Shown here: piece by piece, positions 50,201 to 62,125 of the stretch
How positions within the stretch are numbered: position 1 is the first letter of the stretch
Layout of the letters: each line of letters opens with the position of its first letter
NCBI GenBank assembly: GCA_965235115.1
Contig: OZ249436.1
Span: forward strand, 4,466,001-4,530,000
Reading direction: 5' to 3'
Length of the DNA stretch: 64,000 nucleotides
Source of the DNA: Laetmonice hystrix
Lineage: Eukaryota
Position numbers and translations under genes: made by a program
The notes under the pieces: model-generated
The model's database searches: none
What the model was told of the DNA's origin: nothing
Seen by the model: the letters and a program-made list of their open reading frames with translations, nothing else

Positions 50201-53200
50201 GGTGTTGTCATGTCGATGTTTGTTTCTGCAGTGTTTATCCAATCATGGTGTTGTCATGTCGATGTTTGTGTCCGCAGTGTTTGCCCTATCATGGTGTTGT
50301 CATGTCGATGTTTGTGTCCGCAGTGTTTGCCCTATCATGGTGTTGTCATGTCGATGTTTGTGTCCGCAGTGTTTGCCCTATCATGGTGTTGTCATATCGA
50401 TGTTTGTGTCCGCAGTGTTTGCCCTATCATGGTGTTCTCATATCGATGTTTGTTTCTGCAGTGTTTATCCAATCATGATGTTGTCATGATGTTTGTTTCC
50501 GCAGTGTCTGAACAAGGACGGGGTGAGGATCGTACTCTCCATCAGTTATCAGTACAGAGTGCGGCCGAGGGAGCTGCACAGACTAGTCATGCAGTTCAAG
50601 GACCACGAGGGATTCAAACAGATACTCGGATCTATTGGTAGGGAAATTCTTGCTGATACATATGTTTCAAGATTATATCGGGTGGATAAAAAAAAACGCC
50701 CCGAACTTTAAACTTCAATATTTCAAAAAGTAATGATTGTAATTCAATGAAATTTTTCTTAATATCACTTCATGATGTTGTCTCTTAGTTGTCAATGTTA
50801 CAACTCAATAGCTTGGATAATATTTCCGTAGCACTAAAAACAAAAATCATTGTACAAAAGCGCAATGCCGGGCTAAAGTGAGTTGTAGTCGCTCCTAGAG
50901 TCCCTGGCCTCACACTAGAGTAGGAGGTCAATCGGTCCCCCGTTTTCACTCCATACTGCTCTCAGTCTCTTTTTCCATGAGCCGATGCACTTCCTGATCT
51001 CTGATAGGAAAATATCTTCCCAACACTGGGAAATACGCAACGTTCTGAATGTGTTGCTAAACGTGATAATGATACGATTGCCCTTGAACTTCTCGTTACA
51101 GTCATATCGTCCTAATGTTGCAGTTTCTCTGTAGGGTTTGGCACATTAAACATCTGTTTTTCTCTAAAAGTGCTAGGAATAGCACATATTTTATTATATC
51201 TAGTGGTCCACAACATTATACATATTGTGAAACATGCAAAAACTAAATATTGATTTTTTTTACCCAAGGTACAATGCGGTGCATCAAACAGGTGTTAAAT
51301 TGGACACCTGGCAGCTGCATGATATTTGACCTAATTCCGGCATTGCGTTTTTAGACACTGATTTTGGTTTTTAGTGCCACGGGATTCATATCAATGCCAT
51401 TGAGCTGAAACTTGAACATACCAGAGATAATATCATGAAGTGATATTAGGAGAAATTTTATTGAATTAGAAAGCATAGTTTTTGAAATATTAAAGTTTAA
51501 AGTTCGGGGCGTTTTTTTTTATCCACCCGATATATGTGCAGTGGTGAATATTATATGGCAAGTGATCCTTAAAACTCGGGAGGCCCCCTATATTTCTTCT
51601 TTTCTTCATCTGCCTTCTTCCTCTTCTTCTTCCTCTTCCTCCTCTTCCTCCTCCTCCTCCTTCTCCCCTCCGCTTTCTTTTTCTTCCTAATTGAGGTGAA
51701 CACCAATGTGCGGAGAAAGTCATTTGACGGTCACACGTGTTGTTACTTGTGAACACCAATGTGTGGATAATGTCAGTTGACGGTCACACGTGTTGTTACT
51801 TGTGAACACCAATGTGTGGATACAGTCAGTTGACGGTCACACGTGTTGTTACTTGTGAACACCAATGTGTGGATAATGTCAGTTGACGGTCACACGTGTT
51901 GTTACTTGTGAACACCAATGTGTGGAGACAGTCAGTTGACGGTCACACGTGTTGTTACTTGCGAACACCAATGTGTGGAGGAAGTCAGTTGACGGTCACA
52001 CGTGTTGTTACTTGTGAACACCAATGTGTGGAGACAGTCAGTTGACGGTCACACGTGTTGTTACTTGTGAACACCAATGTGTGGATACAGTCAGTTGACG
52101 GTCACACGTGTTGTTACTTGTGAACACCAATGTGTGGAGACAGTCAGTTGACGGTCACACGTGTTGTTACTTGTGAACACCAATGTGTGGAGACAGTCAG
52201 TTGACGGTCACACGTGTTGTTACTTGTGAACACCAATGTGTGGAGACAGTCAGTTGACGGTCACACGTGTTGTTACTTGTGAACACCAATGTGTGGAGAC
52301 AGTCAGTTGACGGTCACACGTGTTGTTACTTGTGAACACCAATGTGTGGAGACAGTCAGTTGACGGTCACACGTGTTGTTACTTGTGAACACCAATGTGT
52401 GGATAATGTCAGTTGACGGTCACACGTGTTGTTACTTGTGAACACCAATGTGTGGAGACAGTCAGTTGACGGTCACACGTGTTGTTACTTGTGAACACCA
52501 ATGTGTGGAGGAAGTCAGTTGACGGTCACACGTGTTGTTACTTGTGAACACCAATGTGTGGAGACAGTCAGTTGACGGTCACACGTGTTGTTACTTGTGA
52601 ACACCAATGTGTGGAGACAGTCAGTTGACGGTCACACGTGTTGTTACTTGTGAACACCAATGTGTGGAGGAAGTCAGTTGACGGTCACACGTGTTGTTAC
52701 TTGCGAACACCAATGTGTGGAGGAAGTCAGTTGACGGTCACACGTGTTGTTACTTGTGAACACCAATGTGTGGAGACAGTCAGTTGACGGTCACACGTGT
52801 TGTTACTTGTGAACACCAATGTGTGGAGACAGTCAGTTGACGGTCACACGTGTTGTTACTTGTGAACACCAGTGTGTGGAGGAAGTCAGTTGACGGTCAC
52901 ACGTGTTGTTACTTGTGAACACCAGTGTGTGGAGGAAGTCAGTTGACGGTCACACGTGTTGTTACTTCCAGGAGAGTCAGCACTACACGACGCTTGTAGT
53001 CGGTTCAACACGTCGCAGTTCCAGGCGGAGCGGGGAGCATTTCAAGAGGAGGTTCGCGCACGTTTGGTCGAGAAATACGACGACATCGCCACAGATGTTA
53101 CAGATCTACAGGTTAGGACCTGAGACAAACATAGAAAACGGAAATAAAGACAGACATAAAAGGCATCCCTTTGGGGAAAGGAGAATGTAAATGAATGTTT

Positions 53201-54057
53201 GCTTGCACGGTTAAAAAACAGTGAATGAACAAAATACAATAAATCGACTCCTTGAATTGCAAACTTGATGATTTCTTCTCTCGCTATGAGCTTACTGAGG
53301 ATCCACAACAAACTCCACTAAATATTGTGTAAAGATCACATTGAGACTAGGTCTATATTAAAATGTTTAATGTTCAGGTAAACAATATACAGCGGCCGGG
53401 AGAATACGAGAAGGCTGTCCGGACGAAAGAGGAAGCGCGTGAAGATATCGTTGTGGCGGAGAACGAGCGGCCACGGAGAATCACGGAAGCTCAGACCAAG
53501 AAACGGGCCGCTCTGACACAGGCTGACATCATCATTGATAAGGCCCTCTCTGACGCCAGGATAGCCGAGAACAGGTCGGTTAGAATGATGACGCATGACG
53601 GCATGTGACGTCATGGTGCGTTTTATGACGTCATGATGCGTATGGTGGTTAAGGAGATGTTGCGTAACTTTAACTCGAGGTGTATCTCTATGTAGGCCTA
53701 AGGGACGGTGTATCGTATGTAAACAAAGTCAACATCCTTACAGCAGCACGTCGGTCCTGAAGGATCAGCGGTTGCTCCACTTGGATGGTTGGCATTTCAG
53801 CTACACAACTTTCTGTTACGGTAGAATCTTTAAGAAAATTGTGTTTTGATGATTTCAGAGCCAAGGCGGAGGCGGAGGGGATTCTCAACGATTACCAGAA
53901 GGAGGCGGAGGCGTACAAAAGTCTGATCGACTCGAGCGGGCTGGGAATGAACACAGAGGGATTCCTCGCCTACCTCGGGGTCAGAGTTATTGAGGATGCC
54001 AAAAACCCCGTCTATATCGGCATGAAGGCCCCAGCCAAAACAAACTGGCTCAACTAA
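44177..54057 (+). CDS. SPFH/Band-7 domain membrane protein, divergent type E (304 aa, 6 coding exons)
   Basis: Exons 44177-44285, 44701-44837, 50505-50637, 52972-53111, 53378-53574, 53859-54057 (109+137+133+140+197+199 nt), GT-AG, phases consistent, open to TAA. TM helix, then EGLHNGPPGFEFIVFP, CLNKDGVRIVLSISYQYRV, FNTSQFQAERGAFQEEV, DVTDLQVNNIQRPGEYEKAV and an AKAEAEG coiled coil, as in prohibitin/HflC-like proteins. Confidence 0.9.
45820..50508 (+). repeat. 46/48-bp minisatellite (~100 copies) copying the exon 3 acceptor of gene E
   Basis: Unit tatcatggtgttgtcatgtcgatgtttgtgtccgcagtgtttgccc; the last copy gtttgtttccgcag|TGT is the real splice site; internal 1595-bp higher-order duplication. 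Confidence 0.96.
50678..51530 (-). mobile_element. Internally deleted Tc1/mariner-superfamily transposon
   Basis: TA-flanked long TIRs tcgggtggataaaaaaaaacgccccgaactttaaact...; minus-strand remnant 51040-50915 LRISQCWEDIFLSEIRKCIGSWKKRLRAVWSENGGPIDLLL* resembles a Tc1/mariner transposase C-terminus. Confidence 0.85.
51696..52967. repeat. 53-bp minisatellite (~24 copies) abutting the exon 4 acceptor of gene E
   Basis: Unit gtgaacaccaatgtgtggagacagtcagttgacggtcacacgtgttgttactt; the last copy continues as ccag|exon. Confidence 0.96.
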
Positions 54058-54387
54058 GCTTGGGTGACCTCATGACCGGGGCAGAGGGGGTAGAGTTGAG
54101 ATAAGAGATAAGAGTTTTATTGCAACCAAGGGTTGAATTTGGCATACAATATGAAATTATACAATTACAAACACACGATAATACCATACATAGAAATTGA
54201 CTTATCTCTCAGTTCTTGTATGGATCAGTGGGTATTTATTACCAGCTCCTCATGGATGTGGCAAAAAGATAATTTTACTTGAGTGAAAGCTTTTTCATAT
54301 CATTAAAATATTTCTTGCACAGGACCTTTCTTCTTGACCACAAGGTCGGGAGATTAGGACGGCCTAAATGTCATTATTATACAAATA

Positions 54388-54942
54388 TTGGATGGCGGCG
54401 AGTCCACTATACAGTTTACGGGACGAAGAAAAGCGATAATGGACGAGGCGAAGCCGAGTCCATTATCGCTTTTCAGAGTCCCGTAAACTGTATAGTGGAC
54501 GAGCTGCCATCCAACACTTGCTATATTATACACCTATAGAGGTCTATATAGGGCCTAAGTAAAATATTGATAATCCCATATATAAATAAAGTCGAGAACA
54601 CCCGCTTATGAAAATTATGTAGGTTAAACTTTAATGAACACATTTTCTGTAACCATGGTCAATGTGACAATTGGACACATTAACTTTAGAGCCCCATTAA
54701 CTAGTTACTATAGTTAAATTCATCTTATCTTATCCATCTTATCATCTTATCATCTAGAATTAGCCTGGGCAGCCGGGCAGGACTGCTCTTATCATTTAGA
54801 TCTACTTTGACGTCGTCTCTATGGTTTCCAGAGCGAACCGTCCAATATCGTATTTTACCATCCAATATCAAAATTTTCGGGACGGTCACGTGGTACAAAT
54901 GGACCAATCCGATTGCTTAGCTGGGCCAGGTGTATAATATAG
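54388..54942. mobile_element. Hairpin-containing repetitive element
   Basis: Near-perfect palindrome 54388-54514 centred on gaggcgaagccgag; gctatattatacacct (54520) is inverted at 54928-54943. Confidence 0.55.
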
Positions 54943-55430
54943 CTTACTCCAGGGTAAATAATTTTCAGAACTCTATTTTTGAACCATTTCTATATTGGAT
55001 GGAATGAGCTGGTCAGAACATGCCAGACACTAGAACAGAACAAAGGGAGGTAAATGCTCAGCTATCTTATATCTCATGTCAGAGATCGTAGGTGGGGTAA
55101 GATTAACGAGAGGTGGGGAGAAAAAGTACATGTGATAAAAAAAGTGCCACACCCAGACTCTCCATCACCCGGACGGGGAACAAGAAAGCAGCAACTTCAG
55201 ATCGACACTCTGATAGGCATTACTGTATACATACGACGTCAAATATTCTATTCAAGAGGAGATTTTTATTCAGGAGTCAACCTTTGTGCAGCAGAATGCC
55301 TCATCTGCTGAAACATTATAGAACGGAGTACCAGCAGCCATTGCTTGCACAGATTGGCTGCCTATTGACAGGTGGTCGGAAGCTATTGATGGTTGTAGTG
55401 TGTTCGTCTAGTTACTTGTATGTACACCAG

Positions 55431-55606
55431 GGCCCGGTTTTTAGTTCGTCATTTCACCAATCTTAAGACTGAAATTTTAAGACTGACTTGTATTATGGTC
55501 TCTCATTGGCTGACTTCATTTGAAGGACCAATCAGAAGCTCTAAAACAAGAGTTCAGTCTTAAGATTTGAATCTTAAGACTTGGTTTGCAAACTAAAAAC
55601 CGGGCC
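55431..55606. mobile_element. MITE with CWG 3-bp TSD (PIF/Harbinger-like)
   Basis: cag|ggcccggtttttagtt ... aactaaaaaccgggcc|cag. Confidence 0.82.
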
Positions 55607-57235
55607 CAGGCGGCAATGTACAATGGTAGGGGGCTAAGCCTGAAGACAGGAGCCGTCCATGGCATGGCCTGGCCTGCCTCCCGTTCTTACACCCCTGATT
55701 AGTCAAATGGAAACATTATTACAGTGCCAGCCTTTGACCTGCTACTGACGCTGAACATTACAACTCACGTTGAAACTAGTAACATTGTGCCTTACTGTAA
55801 TATGATGTCATTACTTATGGAAAAGACGATCTTTGTGAAGTTTATTCCTACAAAATGTTTTCACCATTGCTGAGTAATGATTGCATTCGATACCTGTTTT
55901 GCCATGTAAACCAAAGTCTAAAAATAAAAAAAAACTACTGAAAGAATTCAAATACGTTGCAGGTATTAATAATAGATAATGAGGTCCTGCCTCCGGGTTT
56001 TTATGACGTGAAACTGTCACGTGACAGGAATCAACCAATCCTGACCTTTCCCAGTCCGGAAGAGAAAGAAGATTTACTAACATGGAAACACGTGCGGGAC
56101 AGAATAGGAAAGAACATGCCGCTACTGTCCTTCATTGAATCCAGTTTCATGAGATTTCTAAAAAAAATTGAGAGACTAGTAGGGATTTAAGTATCCGATA
56201 CATTTTGACCTAGTGTTCATATAGGTCAAAGGTCAAATTGCCCCAAACAAATTTAGCAGTCATTTACCCAATAATGATGTCATCAATTGTTTTTCAAAAA
56301 TCCCCATTTTCTATCAAATAGAGGCTTATATGTAGAACCATTATTACGTCAAAACTCCATGACGCTACGTCATATGATGTCATGACTCAAATTAGATCAT
56401 CCCAATACCTACGTGCAAACCAAGTTTCATTGAGATATCTTTAAAAATAAGCGAGATATGACCCAAAGTTCACTACTAACTACTACTACTATACTACTAC
56501 TGACCAGGATAATAATAATAGGAAAGATGAAACCACACAAGAATAAAATCCGATTCACCTATTTGGGTGAATGGGATAATAAAGCTCTGTCGCCAGAATT
56601 AGGTTATCGTTAATCCAGGCGTTTAGAGCTGACGAGATGCGCTCTCAGGTTAAACTAGTTTTAAAACTCGACCTGGAGAACAAATGTTCACGTCGCCAAA
56701 CATTGAGGTATCTGTCCCAGAGCAATCCGTTGACGATGCATTAGCTTTTTCCCGGCGTTTTTGCGTTAGATTCCATTATGTTGGTCCTCTATAGTTTATC
56801 ACATCTTAATCGTAATCTTTCACGTTTCGTACATAAATGCTTTTTGTGATACCGTCATTTTACTCATTCAAACATTATTAGAGATTCTCCGGTGCTTTGA
56901 TTTAAGTGTAGTAGTCACATTAGACTTTCTCTGCGATACAAGTGTGCAGATAATTAATGGTCTGACGCCGTATCCGCTCCTTACTCGATAGGACATCGTA
57001 AAGTTCGTGCCACCCACCACATGGTACAGAGCTATAAGTATTGGTGATGTGGGACGAATGTGTTTGCATGTGGTCATGGTCACTTGGAAACATTGGTTTT
57101 GCAAACTTGATTTCAGGCGGTGTGGTACAAGAAATAACGTTTAAAAACGTCTTTCGATATGAGGAGAAAGGGAATAATGGATGAATGAAGATAGAAAGGA
57201 GAAAGAAGAAAGGAAATGGAGAACACATGAGTGGA

Positions 57236-58528
57236 TCATGACAAAGATGGTTTTAACAATTCTTTCTTCATAATTATATATTCTGAGTTGGCTTTGCCTC
57301 GTTTCACCAAACGCAGTTGGATCGGGGGCAATTTCCTTGTGCCCGCCATCCGGGAGGTTCCACAAAGGTTCCAGAACTTGAGCAAGTCTGTTGGCGACAC
57401 TGGATGAAAGGCGGACCAATGGCCGCCGTTTGGACAACGGCCATTCCGTAGTTTGTAGTGATTGTCTCCCTCAAATTGTGAATGAATACTTTTGACCTCT
57501 ATTAAAGGCATCTTGATTTGGCGCATAACAAAACCGAAATAGGCATCCTCGATGGGGAAGAAGGTAACGTTAGCGGACGCTTCCATGACCTCTCGAGTTG
57601 ACGACATTGAGTAGAGATACGCCGTGCCTATGGCATACGGCGCAAAGGTGTCATACGGGTACTCGAACTCAGACAAGTACCACTTCCTGGTTAACTTCCG
57701 GTGAACGGGTAGTCGCCATAGGATACGACCGATCTGAGCCCGCTGCAGGACCGTCTTATGTTGTCTTAAATACATCAAGATATTCGGCACATGAATGGCG
57801 TTGTCGGTCGCCGAACGAAGAATAAACTCGGCCTTTGGGCAGTGCTTGATTGCCCAATTGAATCCCATCAACACCTTGTAGGTCAGGTTGTAGTAGGCAT
57901 CCTTGAAGTCATCCTGGATTATATCCCCATAGAGGGCGCTCTCTTCCTCCAATGACCGTTGTACATCCGGCGGCCAACCGCCACCGAGAAGGAAGAGATG
58001 ACGCGTAGTGGCAGTGTTATTTCTGGTGTGACTTACCCACGTGTGACGCAGGACTTCTCGGGCCCCCTTCTCGCCCGGGACTGTTGTGATTATCATTAAC
58101 ATCTCAATAGGACCGTCACCTTGGCACACCTTTCTTGGACTTATAATATTTTTAAACTTGTATTTCATGCATCCGTCACATGTAGGCTTACGTGGTTCAG
58201 AGGGAAATTGACGAGTGCGGAGAACGTTAAGATGATAGTCAAGTTCATTAAGGTCGACCGTTCTCTTTCTGTATTCTTTCATCAGATATTTGACCGACTG
58301 AAATATCTCCTTGACACGTTGAGACTTGGCGTCACCTTGAGTGATATTGCCTGGTTTGTTAGGACCAGGACTGATATACAACATCTGCACAGAGAAGAGC
58401 AGGACGAGTGTTACGGTATAGATGGTCGTCAGGAACTGACTCCTTGTATGGCCGCGGCCGTGGAAGCAGTTCCTCTCAACCGTTCTCCAACAGCTTACAC
58501 CCAGGCGGACTAACCTTACCACGGCCAT
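57236..58528 (-). CDS. Beta-1,3-galactosyltransferase-like protein (GT31 family), single coding exon, ~430 aa
   Basis: Type II TM, stem, then GT31 motifs: AREVLRHTW, EESALYGDIIQDDFKDAYYNLTYKVLMGFNWA, CPKAEFIL, KWYLSEFEYPYDTFAPYAIGTAY, IEDAYFG, C-terminal His. True ATG taken at 58528, just after the acceptor ttctctttcag (58536-58537). Confidence 0.9.
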   Translation of the reverse strand: MAVVRLVRLGVSCWRTVERNCFHGRGHTRSQFLTTIYTVTLVLLFSVQMLYISPGPNKPGNITQGDAKSQRVKEIFQSVKYLMKEYRKRTVDLNELDYHLNVLRTRQFPSEPRKPTCDGCMKYKFKNIISPRKVCQGDGPIEMLMIITTVPGEKGAREVLRHTWVSHTRNNTATTRHLFLLGGGWPPDVQRSLEEESALYGDIIQDDFKDAYYNLTYKVLMGFNWAIKHCPKAEFILRSATDNAIHVPNILMYLRQHKTVLQRAQIGRILWRLPVHRKLTRKWYLSEFEYPYDTFAPYAIGTAYLYSMSSTREVMEASANVTFFPIEDAYFGFVMRQIKMPLIEVKSIHSQFEGDNHYKLRNGRCPNGGHWSAFHPVSPTDLLKFWNLCGTSRMAGTRKLPPIQLRLVKRGKANSEYIIMKKELLKPSLS

Positions 58529-60241
58529 TGAACTGCTGAAAGAGAATGAAATTAGTTGTATAATAACGATATGCTTGCAAAGAATGATAGTATTAACAAA
58601 CATCCTACAATAACGCAACGAATGTAGTTCCGCAACGAATCTAGTTCGAGAATTTTTGAAAAGAAATCTGTGATTTTACCGAGAACAATGCTGACAGTAT
58701 TCGAAGTCTATCTCCGCTGGAACAAATCGAACATCCGTATTGAGAATACTGACAGAAGAGCTTCTAATTTGCATAGGCCATAATTTGCATAGCAGTGTGC
58801 GTAGGAATATGAAAATCAAACTCCTGGGCTCTCGAAAGCTAAGTAGATAATTTTCAGTGACTGAAATAAGATTTGTCGACTTTTAGAATTTATTTTACAT
58901 GATACCCGCTAAGTCTACATAGAAAGGAAGCGGAGCTTTGGATCATATCGGAGAACCGCAATCTAGACATATTTGTTTGTGAAACGCCACGTGTGACTTA
59001 AAATTCGCGAGATACTTACTCTCTTTAAAGACCTCACGGCGGTCGAACTTTCTAAACTTGCAACTAATGCAAAGTTCAAAATGTCACCATGCAATACTCA
59101 AGGATAAAATTATTTACGAGCACGCCGAGGGGCTTTTGTCTGCATCATTAATAAGCAGCAAGTTTAAACTTATTTAACACCAATGAATTATTATACCATG
59201 TGCGCATAAAATTATTGGTCCAATCCTGGACACTTGGAGAATCGGCTACTGGTACGCCCTGACCGATGATAAAGTTTCCCCTGTTTCTAACGCCTACTTC
59301 AAGACCGTCCCTTCCTGAGGTAACGTGTGAGAGGACCTCCAAAACTCCCGAGAAATTTCACCTCATTCACCTCATTCCTCCGCACCTCGAAACAGTCTTC
59401 GTGTTGCTTTTAATAATATTTTCAATCGCGCCTTTAAAATGACATCACAGATAGGGGTGAACAGGCACACTGGATCCTAGAAAATGTATTACCCCCCCCC
59501 CCCCCCCCCCACCATGGCCTAGGATGATCGCTCAGGTTAGCCTTTGCACGCATCTGTTTTGGGTTCTGCAGAAAGTTTATAAGGGAATATGATGGTCTTT
59601 GTGCCCATAGCCGTTTGGATATCTCGACTTTCGGGGTGTGCGGCCACTTCCGGGTTTGCCACCGCCATGACAGGTTTTTAAAAGATCATACTGTCATACA
59701 GCTCATATAGTTAGGTTATGTCTGCAGTGTACAACACGAAAGGCGGTATTTGGTGCGAAGTAAATGCAAACATTGCTGCCGGCGTGGCGCGTATAGATCT
59801 ACTGATTGCCCTATTTTTGACAATACACTATGATATTGTCCCATAGTATTAAATTTGTTGAAATCCGTCAGAACATTTGAGTATATTGACTAATTTCAAT
59901 TGTCACTAATTTCGCGCGTTCAAGGTCAAAATTTAAACTCTGAATAGAATGTAAAAGTTGTTCTGAATTCCAAAGGATTCGACCGAATATAATATCAGCC
60001 GCAGGTGTTTTGAAATCCTGCCCTTAGGGCACGTGTTACCATGTCAAATGTGTTATGTAAATTAAAACGCTCCATAACTTTCCATAACAGAACTAGACGC
60101 TACTATATCATTAAAATGTTCCCTTGGGTTACTAAGAATTTATCATTATAATTCAGAAGACGGTACTTTACATGAGAGATGGGAGCGATAGAATGACGTG
60201 GCAATCCTTAAAGTCAACCGAAACCGCTGCCTGTGTCTGTC

Positions 60242-61539
60242 TATGGCAACAACAGGGAACAAATGGGAAAAGTCATACTCTCCATGGCAACAACAGGGAA
60301 CAAATGGGGGAAGTCATCGTGTCCATGGCAACAACAGGGACCAAATGGGAAAAGTCATCGTGTCCATGGCAACAACAGGGAACAAATGGGAAAAGTCATC
60401 GTGTCCATGACAACAACAGGGAACAAATGGGAAAAGTCATACTCTCCATGGCAACAACAGGGAAGAAATGGGGGAAGTCATCGAGTCCATGGCAACAACA
60501 GGGAACAAATGGGAAAAGTCATCGTGTCCATGGCAACAACAGGGAACAAATGGGAAAAGTCATCGTGTCCATGGCAACAACAGGGAACAAATGGGGAAAG
60601 TCATCGTGTCCATGGCAACAACAGGGAACAAATGGGGGAAGTGATCGTGTCCATGGCAACAACAGGGACCAAATGGGAAAAGTCATCGTGTCCATGGCAA
60701 CAACAGGGAACAAATGGGGGAAGTGATCGTGTCCATGGCAACAACAGGGAACAAATGGGGGAAGTCATCGTGTCCATGGCAACAACAGGGAACAAATGGG
60801 GGAAGTGATCGGGTCCATGACAACAACAGGGAACAAATGGGGGAAGTCATCGTGTCCATGGCAACAACAGGGAACAAATGGGGGAAGTCATCGTGTCCAT
60901 GGCAACAACAGGGAACAAATGGGGGAAGTCATCGTGTCCATGGCAACAACAGGGAACAAATGGGGAAAGTCATCGTGTCCATGGCAACAACAGGGAACAA
61001 ATGGGAAAAGTCATCGTGTCCATGGCAACAACAGGGAACAAGTGGGGGAAGTCATCGTGTCCATGGCAACAACAGGGAACAAATGGGGGAAGTCATCGTG
61101 TCCATGGCAACAACAGGGAACAAATGGGGGAAGTCATCGTGTCCATGGCAACAACGGGGAACCAATGGGGGAAGTCATCGTGTCCATGGCAACAACAGGG
61201 AACAAATGGGGGAAGTCATCGTGTCCATAGCAACAGGGAACAAATGGGGGAAGTGATCGTGTCCGTGGCAACAACAGGGAACAAATGGGGGAAGTCATCG
61301 TGTCCATGGCAACAACAGAGAACAAATGGGGGAAGTCATCGTGTCCATAGCAACAGGGAACAAATGGGGGAAGTGATCGTGTCCGTGGCAACAACAGGGA
61401 ACAAATGGGGGAAGTCATCGTGTCCATGGCAACAACAGAGAACAAATGGGAAAAGTCATCGTGTCCATAGCAACAGGGAACAAATGGGGGAAGTGATCGT
61501 GTCCGTGGCAACAACAGGGAACAAATGGGAAAAGTCATC
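60242..61539. repeat. 41-bp minisatellite (~31 copies)
   Basis: Unit catggcaacaacagggaacaaatgggggaagtcatcgtgtc. Confidence 0.95.
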
Positions 61540-61849
61540 GATAGCGAAATGCACATACATGCAATATAGTCGGCAACGAAATTAACAATGAGATGGGCCT
61601 TCTAGGCCTTCGTAGAATACAGTTAAAACTCTGGGGTAGATCCAAGAGTTTTTTGGGGAAGAATAACTATCACCATTCCAATCTATAAAACCTAACACGA
61701 ACCCTTACTTCTGGTTCACAGACTTCCTCACAAAAACTTATTCCCAGCCCTAGCTCTACCACTAACCGCTGACGCCAAATAGCGTGAATGCTAAAATCGA
61801 GAAATAACTCGTTCTGAGTAAAATAAGAAGGGAACTGTTGGATAACCTG

Positions 61850-62035
61850 ACTTACCGAAAGACTGGCGAGTCTCACCGATATTCACAAACAAAACGAGAG
61901 CTGACGAAGTTGTCGACAAGCCGGGGAAGTGAAGCGCAGTAACTATAGGACAGAAAGTGGGCGGGGCTGGCAGACACCTTTATATAGCTTTCTTATAACA
62001 TGGCTGCGTCAGCATTCCTACTAGACGCTCATTGG
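61850..62035 (-). promoter_or_regulatory. Candidate promoter and first non-coding exon of the GT31 gene
   Basis: On the minus strand: CCAAT (62035-62031), TATATAAA (61986-61979), a GC-box sequence (61959-61966), then a consensus donor CG|GTAAGT at 61855. A second GTAAGT donor lies at 59019. Motif evidence only. Confidence 0.4.
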
Positions 62036-62125
62036 TTCACAGGCTCACGTGATTGACAGGTAATAGGCCTACACCGCACTTCTCTCTGAGTCTCCATGGA
62101 GATGGCAGGATGGGAGAGGCCACAA

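Noticed and set aside
45763..50641. Long Cys-rich ORFs (up to 886 aa) in all three plus frames
   Set aside because: Translation of the 46-bp intronic array; the same peptides cycle through all frames.
58529..58618. N-terminal extension of the 460-aa GT31 ORF
   Set aside because: It starts at a non-ATG codon and spans a pyrimidine tract and AG acceptor, so it is probably intron.
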